NCBI GenBank assembly: GCA_905339405.1
Contig: CAJPGC010000039.1
Location: 15,000 to 78,999 of the forward strand
DNA length: 64,000 nt
Direction: 5' to 3'
From: an uncultured bacterium
GTDB lineage: Bacteria; Desulfobacterota; GWC2-55-46
Part shown: positions 56,365 to 64,000 of the stretch, in pieces
Numbering within the stretch: the first letter of the stretch is position 1
Layout: every line of letters begins with the position of its first letter
Translations under genes and position numbers: made by a program
The notes under the pieces: model-generated
Databases searched by the model: none
What the model was told of the DNA's origin: nothing
Seen by the model: only the letters and a program-made list of their open reading frames with translations

Positions 56365-57556
56365 AGAGGCAATAGACGCCCCCGGCTTAATGGCTTCCAT
56401 TCCAGACATCTCCCTTGTGGGCGCGCCGATGGCGCTCATCGGTGAGGGCGGCGAGTTTCTCGGCGCGAACCGCGACTTCAGCAGCCTCACTGGCTTTACC
56501 GAACCCGAACTCAAGGGAATGCCGCTTTGCATGCTCCTTGAAAACGCCCAACCAGGCAAGGGCGCCAGCAGGGGAAAAAGCGCCCTGACTATCAAGAACG
56601 GCCCGGCGGCGCACGTGTCATACACGATAACACAGGCCCCCGGCACGGAGATCTCCGTCCTTACCGTTATCCCGAGGACGGAGGCCAGGAAGCTCGAAGA
56701 GGAGCTTACCGCGAAGCGCGAAGAGCTCGAGAAGCGCGAGAAGTACATCGAGTGTTTCAGGGAAGGGGTCCTCAAGATGATAACCGACCTGGACAGGAGC
56801 GAAACGGAGCTGAAGGGCACTTTGAGGAACCTTCAGGAAACTCAGGTACAGCTCGTCCAGTCGAGCAAGATGACCGCCCTGGGAGAGCTTTCAGCCTCTC
56901 TCGTCCACGAGATAAGCCAGCCGCTCACTGTCATAAGGGGCCTCACCCACGGCATGCTCCGCACGATGAAGGACAGCTCCGAATGGCACGGCAAGGTGCG
57001 CCTTATCGCGGACGCCGCCGCCAGGATGGAAAAGATCGTGAAGCACCTGAGGACCTTCTCGAGGTCAGAGCCGCTGGTGCTCTCGCCGGTGGACATCAAC
57101 TCGGTCGTCAAGGACGCGTTCCTCATCCTGAACGAGCACCTGCTTTCCCATTCGATAGAAACAATCCTCGACCTCGCGCCCGTCCCTCTCGCCCTCGGCA
57201 ACCCGAACCGCCTCGAACAGGTCGTAATAAACCTCGTCACCAACGCGAGGGACGCCATGCCCCAGGGAGGCGTGCTCACGGTCTCCACGAAAGAAGAAAA
57301 AACCAACGGCAACCCGTTCATCCGGCTCATGGTCAGGGACTCGGGCTCCGGCATACCTGACGATATCGTCGGCAAGGTCTTCGACCCGTTCTTCACCACT
57401 AAAGAGTCGGGCAAGGGGACCGGGCTCGGCCTCTCTATAAGCCTCGGCATAGTGCGCGAGCACAAGGGGGAGATAAGGGTTGAGAGCGTAAAGGGCTTCG
57501 GCTCGGCTTTCCACGTCATCATACCTGCATTAAGCGCGGCTTCAAACCCCGGTTGA
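56336..57556 (+). CDS. Cytoplasmic PAS-domain histidine kinase (PAS, HisKA, HATPase_c)
   Basis: PAS (ASIPDISLVGAP...), H-box SLVHEISQPLTVI, N-box NLVTNARDAM, G-boxes GSGI..GTGLGLSISLGIV. The probable true start is MASIPD at 56390. Confidence 0.8.
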   Translation: MRLTRNSRAEEAIDAPGLMASIPDISLVGAPMALIGEGGEFLGANRDFSSLTGFTEPELKGMPLCMLLENAQPGKGASRGKSALTIKNGPAAHVSYTITQAPGTEISVLTVIPRTEARKLEEELTAKREELEKREKYIECFREGVLKMITDLDRSETELKGTLRNLQETQVQLVQSSKMTALGELSASLVHEISQPLTVIRGLTHGMLRTMKDSSEWHGKVRLIADAAARMEKIVKHLRTFSRSEPLVLSPVDINSVVKDAFLILNEHLLSHSIETILDLAPVPLALGNPNRLEQVVINLVTNARDAMPQGGVLTVSTKEEKTNGNPFIRLMVRDSGSGIPDDIVGKVFDPFFTTKESGKGTGLGLSISLGIVREHKGEIRVESVKGFGSAFHVIIPALSAASNPG

Positions 57557-57586
57557 AGCGCTTGCCGGGCTGTGCTATCCTGAGGC

Positions 57587-58288
57587 ATGCTCAAGGCCCT
57601 CATAGACATCGTCTTCCCACCGATGTGCCTGCTGTGCGGGGAAAGGTCGCCTGAGAAAGGCTTCTGCGACGGCTGCGGCGGCCTGGTGGAAAAAGAGCGC
57701 ATAAGGCCGCCCTTGTGCATCGTCTGCGGCACCCCTTTCCCGTCCGCGAAAGGGGTCGACCACGCCTGCGGCAGGTGCGTGGAAGAGCCTCCCAGTTTTA
57801 CCTCGGCCAGGAGCGCCTTTGTCTTCGAAGGCAAGGTCCTGGAAGCTGTACATAAGCTCAAATACGGCGGAGATACGGCTCTGGCGGGCCCTCTCGCCTC
57901 CCTCTTAAGCGCAGCGCATCTCCCGGAAGGCCTCTCGATGGTCGTACCGGTCCCTCTACACCCGGCAAGGCTGAAGGAACGAGGCTTCAACCAGTCGCTT
58001 CTTATCGCCAGGGAGCTGTCGCGGAACTATGGCCTTTCTCTCGTGTACGACCGGCTCAAAAGGGCCAGGGACACCGGCCAGCAGGTCGGCCTCAAGGCTG
58101 CCGAAAGGAAAAAGAACGTCTCCGGCGCTTTCACCCTCGACGGCGGCAGCTTCTTCAAAGGCAGGAAAGTGCTCCTGGTCGACGACGTAACGACCACTGG
58201 GGCAACGCTGAACGAATGCGCGAAAGTGCTCAAAAAAGCCGGTGCCGAGGTCATTGCCATTACGGTGGCGAGGGCCGTGAAGCTTTAA
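57587..58288 (+). CDS. ComF-family protein (phosphoribosyltransferase-like, N-terminal zinc finger)
   Basis: The CxxC...CxxC zinc-finger at the N-terminus (MCLLCGERS...CDGCG...CIVCGTPF) and the C-terminal PRTase motif LLVDDVTTTGATL. Confidence 0.75.
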   Translation: MLKALIDIVFPPMCLLCGERSPEKGFCDGCGGLVEKERIRPPLCIVCGTPFPSAKGVDHACGRCVEEPPSFTSARSAFVFEGKVLEAVHKLKYGGDTALAGPLASLLSAAHLPEGLSMVVPVPLHPARLKERGFNQSLLIARELSRNYGLSLVYDRLKRARDTGQQVGLKAAERKKNVSGAFTLDGGSFFKGRKVLLVDDVTTTGATLNECAKVLKKAGAEVIAITVARAVKL

Positions 58289-58331
58289 AAACGGCTGCGG
58301 CCGAAATAAACCGACATGGAGTCCGCGTACT

Positions 58332-58817
58332 ATGGGCAAGGTAGTCTCTTTAAGGAAGCTCAAAGCCGGGCTTTCTTCCGGCAGGAAAAAAAAGAAAGTG
58401 GTCTTCACGAACGGCTGCTTCGACATCCTCCATGCGGGCCACGTTAGATACCTGAAGAAGGCCAGGTCTCTGGGGGACGTGCTCGTCGTAGGGCTCAACA
58501 GCGACAGTTCGGTGCGCGCCATAAAGGGAGAGACCAGGCCCATAGTCCCCGAGAAGGAGCGCTCGGAGGTGCTCGCCGCGCTCGAGTGCGTGGACTACGT
58601 CGTGCTTTTCAACGGGCCGACCCCGTTGAAACTCATCGAGGCCTTGAAGCCCGACGTGCTGGCCAAGGGGGCCGACTGGGCCGCCAAGGACATAGCCGGA
58701 GCGGACGTCGTCAAAAAAAGCGGCGGCCGGGTAGCGAGGATAACTCTCGTGAAGGGCAGGTCGACCACCAACATCATAAGGAGGATACTCGAGCTGCACA
58801 AGGAGCGCGGTCAATAA
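58332..58817 (+). CDS. D-glycero-beta-D-manno-heptose 1-phosphate adenylyltransferase (RfaE domain II / HldC-like cytidylyltransferase fold)
   Basis: VVFTNGCFDILHAGHVRYL with the (H/T)xGH nucleotidyltransferase motif. About 160 aa, as expected for the stand-alone domain. Confidence 0.75.
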   Translation: MGKVVSLRKLKAGLSSGRKKKKVVFTNGCFDILHAGHVRYLKKARSLGDVLVVGLNSDSSVRAIKGETRPIVPEKERSEVLAALECVDYVVLFNGPTPLKLIEALKPDVLAKGADWAAKDIAGADVVKKSGGRVARITLVKGRSTTNIIRRILELHKERGQ

Positions 58818-59245
58818 GGCCTCCTGTTCAGCTTGAGCCAGTAAGCGCACGCGGCGGTTATCGTGTCGTGGTAGACGTCATAGTCGATGGCCTTCACTAT
58901 GTAGCTGTTCGCTCCAAGCTCGTACGCCCTCGTTATATCGTCCCTCAGCTTCGAGACCGTCAGCATGACTACGGGCACTAACTTCGTCCGGCTGTTCGAG
59001 CGTATCTGCTCGAGCACCTCGAAGCCGTCCACCTTCGGGAGCCTCAGGTCAAGAAGGACGACCTCAGGCAGCTCGGCCGTCTCCCTGCCCTCGTACCTGC
59101 CCGCAGCGAACAGGTAGTCGAGCGCGTCCTGGCCGTCGTAGGCTACCTTTATGGCTTTGCTTTCGAGGCTGCACCCTTCGAGCGCGTGCTTCGTGAGCTC
59201 GACCGCCTCAGGGCTGTCCTCGACCAGAAGGATCCTGCCAGTCAT
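58811..59245 (-). CDS. Single-domain response regulator (CheY-like receiver)
   Basis: ILLVEDSPEA...VVLLDLRLPKVDGFEVL...KLVPVVMLT...SYIVK has the canonical acidic pocket. Its start overlaps the kinase stop by 4 nt. Confidence 0.8.
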   Translation of the reverse strand: MTGRILLVEDSPEAVELTKHALEGCSLESKAIKVAYDGQDALDYLFAAGRYEGRETAELPEVVLLDLRLPKVDGFEVLEQIRSNSRTKLVPVVMLTVSKLRDDITRAYELGANSYIVKAIDYDVYHDTITAACAYWLKLNRRPY

Positions 59246-62200
59246 CGGCCTTTCCCCTTTTGAAGAGTGAAATAAAAAGCCGCTCCTTTTCCTTTTTCTC
59301 CATCTGCCCAGACCCTTCCTCCGTGCCTCTGCACTATACGCTTCACGGTGGCCAGACCGATGCCCGTCCCTGGAAATTCATCCTGGGAATGGAGCCTCTG
59401 GAACGGCTGAAAGAGCCTTTCCGCGTGGGCCATGTCAAACCCCACGCCATTGTCTTTTACGCAAAAAACCTCCCAGCCTGCCTCTTCGCCGCACCTCCTG
59501 AACTCGATGAACGGCTCGTCTTTTTTCGAGGTGAACTTCCAGGCGTTCCCCAGGAGGTTCTCGAGCACCATCCTCAAAAGCTTCTCGTCCCCCCGCGCGG
59601 CCAGGCCTTCTTCGATAATGAAGTTGCTCTTTTTTTCAGGGTCGGCCTTTTCAAGGTCTACGGCGATTGCCATAGCGACGGCGCTCAGATCGACTGAGGC
59701 GGTCACGACCTCTGCCCTCATCACGAACGAGAGGTTCATGAGGTCGTCTATGAGCTGCCCCATCCTCTTTGACGAAGCCCTGATGCGCTCCAAATGGTCC
59801 TGGCCGTCCCTGTCGAGCCTGTCGCGCTGTTTTTTGAGGAGCAATAACGTAAACCCGTCAATGAGCCGCAAAGGCGAGCGCAGGTCGTGGGCCACGGAAT
59901 AGGTGAAGGTCTCTATCTCAGTCTTGGCCGCCGCGAGGTCCTCGTTGGCGCGCTTCAATTCCAGCGTCCTCTCCTCTACCCTGTGCTCCAGCTCCCTGTT
60001 GAGCTTCACTACCTCGTCCTCCGCGAGCTTCCTCTCGGTTATGTCCTGGACGGTGCCGTCCATCCGTACCGTCTTGCCCGAGGGGTCCCTCACGACCTCG
60101 CCCTGGAAGTGCACGATGCGCTCGCCGCCGTCCCCCCTCTTTATCCTCGCGTCGACCGAGTAGGCCCTTTCCTTGTCAATGGCTTCCCTGAACCTCATTA
60201 TTACGGCCTCCCTGTCGTCGGGGTGCACGGAGGTGATTATCGACTCATAATTGGCAAGCTCCCCGGCGCGCCTCCCGAATATCCTCAGGACCTCGTCTGA
60301 CTTGTACACCTGGTCCTTTTCAACGTCCCATTCCCAGTTGCCTATGTGGGCTATCCTCTGCGCCTCGCGAAGGCTCTGCTCACTTTTTTTCAATGCCTCC
60401 TCGGCGTTCTTGAGGTTCGTTATTTCGGTCGACACGCCGCACACGGCATACGTCTTACCCTTCGTGTCCTTCAGGGGGAACTTTATCGAGATGTACGAAT
60501 GAAAGCCGTCCTCGAGCGGGAGCGCCTCCTCGAACTCCATCGGCCTGTCGTACTCGAGGACCTTCATGTCGCTCTTTTCGAACTCCGCAGCAATCCGTTC
60601 GGGGAACAGCTCCCGGTTCGTCCTGCCGTAGATAGCCGCCTTGCTCCTGCGCGCAACAATCTCGAAGAGCCTGTTGACGAATATGTGCCTTCCCTCGAGG
60701 TCCTTCATGTAGACCACGTTTCCCATGTTGTCGAGGATGGCCCTGAACCTCTCCTGGCTCTCGCGCAGCGCCTCCTCGGCTTTTTTTCTTTCGGTGATGT
60801 CGACGATGCCGGCTATCGCGCCCCTGTACTCTCCGGCCTCCATCAACGGAGCGGCGGAGACCGTGGCATAGAGCCTGCTGCCGTCTTTTTTTATGTATTC
60901 GTTGTCGACGACCTCCCTTACTCCCCTGCGCTTGAGATCGAGCCTTTCCATGGTGAACTTTTTCCTTTCCTCGTCCATGAAGTCGAAAAGGCTCCTCCCC
61001 ATCATCTCGCTCACGGTGTACCCGAGCATCTCCGCCATCTTCGGGTTGACGTAGGTGGTGACGGCGTCCGCGTCAATCACCCATATCCCTTCCTGGAGGT
61101 TTTCCACGAGCATCCTGTACCTCAGCTCGCTTTCGGCAAGGCTCTTCTGGCTTTTTACAAGCTCCCTCTGCCTCTCGAGGACGCTTTCGGCCATGACGTT
61201 GAAGGAAGAGGCAAGCTGACCTATCTCGTCCCTTGTCCTCACCGGCACCCTTATTTCGTAGTTGCCAGCGGCTATCTCGCCCGCGCCCGCCGCCAGCGTC
61301 CTCAGGTGCCTTACAATGACCCTTATGAAATAAAAAACGAGGCCGCCGATGAGCGCCGTCACCAGTATGATGACCGAGAAGGAATAGCGGTGGCTTCTCG
61401 TGAGGGGGGCGAAGACCTCCTCACGGTCGACCTCCGCGACGAGCGTCCAGCCGAGCGAGGGCATGCACATCGAAGCGCCGGCGACCATTTTCCCCCTGTA
61501 ATCGGGATATATCCCGGTTATCTCCCTGCCGCGCTCAAGACACTCCCTTACAGGGAAGGTATCGACCTTCTGCTTCAACACCGAGCCCGGGACGTACCTC
61601 GAAGGAGTAATGAGGAGCTTGTCCCTGTTCACCAGGTATATCTCGAAGGTGTCCCACCTGCCCCATTCGCTCCAGCTCAGGGCCCCAAGACGCCTCATGT
61701 ACTCTCCGGTGAAGAACTCGACGAACTTGGAAAGAGGCACGAACCCTGTGATGACCCCGAGCACCTTTCCTCTTTCGACGCGGCTATATATCGGCGCCGA
61801 CACCGCCAGCTCCGGGCCGAACTTGGTGACTATCTCGGCTACCGAGACTACCTTGAGCCCGTTCCTGAAAAACTCCTCTTTTGAGACGTCCTCTCCCTCC
61901 ATGCCCGGCGCTGTCGAGGCAAGGACGTGCCCGTCGGGCGCGGTTATGATGTTTAGCCGGTATATCTCCTTGAATATCGGGAGCTTGTGGAGCCTCATGT
62001 ACTCGCCCAGGATCCTTCCCGCTTCCTTGCCCTGGATGCGCTCCAGCGAATTCACTATGAACCCGTCGCTGGAGAAGTCCTGTATCCTGTACCTGTTCAT
62101 CTCCATGTACATGAGGATGTTGGACTCGCTCTCGTCGGCGTTCTGGCGCAGCTCTCTTATGATGAGATTTTCAATCTCCTTCCTGTCGTTCTCGAACATT

Positions 62201-62280
62201 ATCGAGATGACCGCCAGGATTGGCAGAAGGATCACGATAAAGGCTATGATGACCTTGTATAATAATGAAAAACGGCGCAT
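59242..62280 (-). CDS. Membrane sensor histidine kinase (periplasmic domain, HAMP, multiple PAS, HisKA, HATPase_c); paralogue of 21279-24278
   Basis: Same layout and several near-identical blocks as the 21279-24278 kinase (AQRIAHIGNWEWD, FTYSVAHDLRSPLR, LENLLGNAWKFTSKK). Start chosen at MRRFSLL with GGGAG 10 nt upstream; the ORF track extends to 62364. Confidence 0.8.
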   Translation of the reverse strand: MRRFSLLYKVIIAFIVILLPILAVISIMFENDRKEIENLIIRELRQNADESESNILMYMEMNRYRIQDFSSDGFIVNSLERIQGKEAGRILGEYMRLHKLPIFKEIYRLNIITAPDGHVLASTAPGMEGEDVSKEEFFRNGLKVVSVAEIVTKFGPELAVSAPIYSRVERGKVLGVITGFVPLSKFVEFFTGEYMRRLGALSWSEWGRWDTFEIYLVNRDKLLITPSRYVPGSVLKQKVDTFPVRECLERGREITGIYPDYRGKMVAGASMCMPSLGWTLVAEVDREEVFAPLTRSHRYSFSVIILVTALIGGLVFYFIRVIVRHLRTLAAGAGEIAAGNYEIRVPVRTRDEIGQLASSFNVMAESVLERQRELVKSQKSLAESELRYRMLVENLQEGIWVIDADAVTTYVNPKMAEMLGYTVSEMMGRSLFDFMDEERKKFTMERLDLKRRGVREVVDNEYIKKDGSRLYATVSAAPLMEAGEYRGAIAGIVDITERKKAEEALRESQERFRAILDNMGNVVYMKDLEGRHIFVNRLFEIVARRSKAAIYGRTNRELFPERIAAEFEKSDMKVLEYDRPMEFEEALPLEDGFHSYISIKFPLKDTKGKTYAVCGVSTEITNLKNAEEALKKSEQSLREAQRIAHIGNWEWDVEKDQVYKSDEVLRIFGRRAGELANYESIITSVHPDDREAVIMRFREAIDKERAYSVDARIKRGDGGERIVHFQGEVVRDPSGKTVRMDGTVQDITERKLAEDEVVKLNRELEHRVEERTLELKRANEDLAAAKTEIETFTYSVAHDLRSPLRLIDGFTLLLLKKQRDRLDRDGQDHLERIRASSKRMGQLIDDLMNLSFVMRAEVVTASVDLSAVAMAIAVDLEKADPEKKSNFIIEEGLAARGDEKLLRMVLENLLGNAWKFTSKKDEPFIEFRRCGEEAGWEVFCVKDNGVGFDMAHAERLFQPFQRLHSQDEFPGTGIGLATVKRIVQRHGGRVWADGEKGKGAAFYFTLQKGKGR

Positions 62281-62436
62281 CGGGTGCATTCTCCCTTGCC
62301 TTATAAGAGGGGCTGGACGCAGAACCGGATATTCCGAGTCTACAGTAACAAAGCCCCGTGTCAATGGCCGCCGTTGTGCCTTTCGTCACATACTTCCCGG
62401 GCCCGCGGGTGTAGATTCGACTGATAAAATGCAGGA

Positions 62437-62940
62437 GTGTCGCTCATGAAAAGATATCTGCCAGTTCTCGGCGCCGGGCTCCTTTTCGCGGCCCTTTGCG
62501 CTTCTCCGGCGAAAGCGGAGGTGAACATAAACGTAGGCATAGGCATTCCGCCTATTGTCGTATCAGCCCCTCCTGCGGTCGTCGTCATCCCCGGGACTTA
62601 CGTCTATATCGCCCCTGACATCGAAGAGGACGTCTTTTTCTACAGGGGCTACTGGTGGCGCTCTCACGGCAAGAGATGGTACAGGTCCAGCGACTTCGGA
62701 GGCCCCTGGATATACATAAGCATAGAGAGGATGCCGAGGGCTATAATCCACCTGCCCCCGCGCTACAAGGAAAGGCACTCCGGCCTCGACCGGATGGACC
62801 ACGTCCACGTGAAGAAGCACTGGAAGAAGTGGGAGGCTGAAAAGCACTGGGACAGACACGAATCATGGAAGAGGCACAAGAAGGAGCACAAGGAACACAG
62901 GAAAGAACATAAGAATAACGGGAAACACGGGCGCGACTGA
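62437..62940 (+). CDS. Secreted hypothetical protein with a His/Lys-rich C-terminal tail
   Basis: Signal peptide (LLFAALCASPAKA). The low-complexity basic tail HKKEHKEHRKEHKNNGKHG suggests metal or nucleic-acid binding. No assignable family. Confidence 0.5.
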   Translation: MSLMKRYLPVLGAGLLFAALCASPAKAEVNINVGIGIPPIVVSAPPAVVVIPGTYVYIAPDIEEDVFFYRGYWWRSHGKRWYRSSDFGGPWIYISIERMPRAIIHLPPRYKERHSGLDRMDHVHVKKHWKKWEAEKHWDRHESWKRHKKEHKEHRKEHKNNGKHGRD

Positions 62941-62950
62941 TAAAAAAACA

Positions 62951-62984
62951 AAGCCCCGCTGCCGTAAGGCAGCGGGGCTTTTTA
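62951..62984. terminator. Rho-independent terminator (AGCCCCGCTGCC-GTAA-GGCAGCGGGGCT then TTTTT) after the secreted-protein gene
   Basis: Perfect 12-bp stem read directly, with an A-run on the other side (bidirectional). Confidence 0.65.
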
Positions 62985-62989
62985 CATTT

Positions 62990-63112
62990 CAGGGCAATGT
63001 GAGGCTGCTCAAAAAGTTCCAGATGCCAGGCGTCGAGGAGCGAGTATTGCGGCGTACTCTCTCTGTTTGTACGCCGCAATTACGAGCGACGCTGACAACG
63101 ACGCAGATGGAC
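62990..63112. repeat. Intergenic repeat family B, copy 2 (central hairpin ATTGCGGCGTAC...GTACGCCGCAAT)
   Basis: Conserved flanks match 51046-51172. The central stem differs in sequence but pairs perfectly, which is compensatory. Confidence 0.6.
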
Positions 63113-63132
63113 TTTTTGTGCTGCCGCAGGGC

Positions 63133-64000
63133 TTAGCAGTCGTAGTACAGATAGAACTCGTACGGCACCGGGCGGAGCCTGATGGGGTCGAGCTCGGCTT
63201 TCTTCTTGTACTCTATCCAGGTGTCGATGACGTCCTGGGTGAAAACGTCTCCCTTCAGGAGGAACTCGTGGTCGGCCTTCAGGGCGTCGAGGGCCTCTTC
63301 GAGGGAGCCGCAGGCCGAAGGTATCTTGGCGAGCTCTTCGGGAGCGAGCCCGTAGATGTCCTTGTCGAGCGGCTCGCCCGGATGTATCTTGTTCTGTATG
63401 CCGTCAAGGCCGGCCATGAGCATGGCCGCGCAGGCCAGGTAGCCGTTGCAAGACGGGTCGGGGAACCTCACCTCTATCCTCTTGGACTTGGGCGAGGGCG
63501 AGTACATCGGTATCCTGACGGACGCGGAGCGGTTGCGGCTCGAGTACGCGAGGTTGATGGGGGCCTCGTAGCCTGGCACCAGACGCCTGTAGGAGTTCGT
63601 GCCGGGGTTGCAGAACGCGTTCAGGGCCCTGGCGTGCTTCAGTATGCCGCCTATGTAGTACAGGGCCAGCTCGCTCATGCCGCCGTACTCGTTGCCCGCG
63701 AACAGGGGCTTGCCGCCCTTCCATATTGACTGGTGGACGTGCATGCCGCTGCCGTTGTCGCCGAATATGGGCTTGGGCATGAAGGTGACGGTCTTGCCCC
63801 ACTTCTTCGCGACGTTCTTCACTATGTACTTGAACCACATGAGCTTGTCGCCCATCCTGACGAGGCTGTCGAAACGCATGTCTATCTCGGCCTGTCCGGC
63901 GGTGGCGACTTCGTGGTGCTGCCTCTCGACGCGTATGCCGACGCTCTCCATGACCATGCTCATCTCGGAGCGGATGTCTTCCTGGCTGTCGGTCGGGGGG
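63133..64000 (-). CDS. glnA: Glutamine synthetase type I, C-terminal portion (the gene continues beyond the window end)
   Basis: [30 protein letters not shown]...[40 protein letters not shown] is the GSI catalytic/C-terminal signature. Confidence 0.9.
   Translation of the reverse strand, partial: PPTDSQEDIRSEMSMVMESVGIRVERQHHEVATAGQAEIDMRFDSLVRMGDKLMWFKYIVKNVAKKWGKTVTFMPKPIFGDNGSGMHVHQSIWKGGKPLFAGNEYGGMSELALYYIGGILKHARALNAFCNPGTNSYRRLVPGYEAPINLAYSSRNRSASVRIPMYSPSPKSKRIEVRFPDPSCNGYLACAAMLMAGLDGIQNKIHPGEPLDKDIYGLAPEELAKIPSACGSLEEALDALKADHEFLLKGDVFTQDVIDTWIEYKKKAELDPIRLRPVPYEFYLYYDC

Noticed and set aside
1-64000. CRISPR arrays, rRNA genes, prophage or integrase genes
   Set aside because: No short regularly spaced direct repeats with unique spacers, no rRNA-like conserved stretches, and no integrase, recombinase or phage structural genes were seen. 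The only mobile element is the IS3 copy.

Overview
High-GC (about 60% or more by eye) bacterial chromosomal segment. It is dense in signal-transduction genes: at least six PAS/HAMP histidine kinases, nine receiver-type proteins, a sigma-54 activator, a CheR methyltransferase, two PilZ proteins and a group-2 sigma-70. The style suggests a deltaproteobacterium-like genome (Thermodesulfobacteriota/Myxococcota type); this is inference. Housekeeping blocks include ftsH, ppa, rpe, class II ribonucleotide reductase, trxA, a carD–yacL-like–ispD–ispF–gltX–cysS cluster, ftsY and the glnA 3' end. The stand-out region is a strongly AT-rich island of about 4.3 kb (roughly 2595–6900) next to tRNA-Pro(CGG). 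It is split by an IS3-family insertion sequence and carries one 892-aa gene. That gene encodes an HsdR-N-type PD-(D/E)xK nuclease-like N-terminus, a central P-loop NTPase with wide Walker A–B spacing (STAND/KAP-like), and a C-terminal S1/OB-fold domain. I propose it as a candidate single-gene defence or abortive-infection system with an unusual domain combination. Other notable observations: three families of long hairpin-forming intergenic repeats, one with compensatory substitutions in its central stem; a PtsN-like EIIA(Ntr) domain fused to a P2-type cation ATPase; a DsrE-like/TusA pair; a stand-alone LigD phosphoesterase-domain protein; a histidine kinase with a CxxCH (Tll0287/DUF3365-like) periplasmic domain; and a translationally coupled CheR–hybrid kinase–NtrC module. 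No CRISPR array or rRNA was seen.
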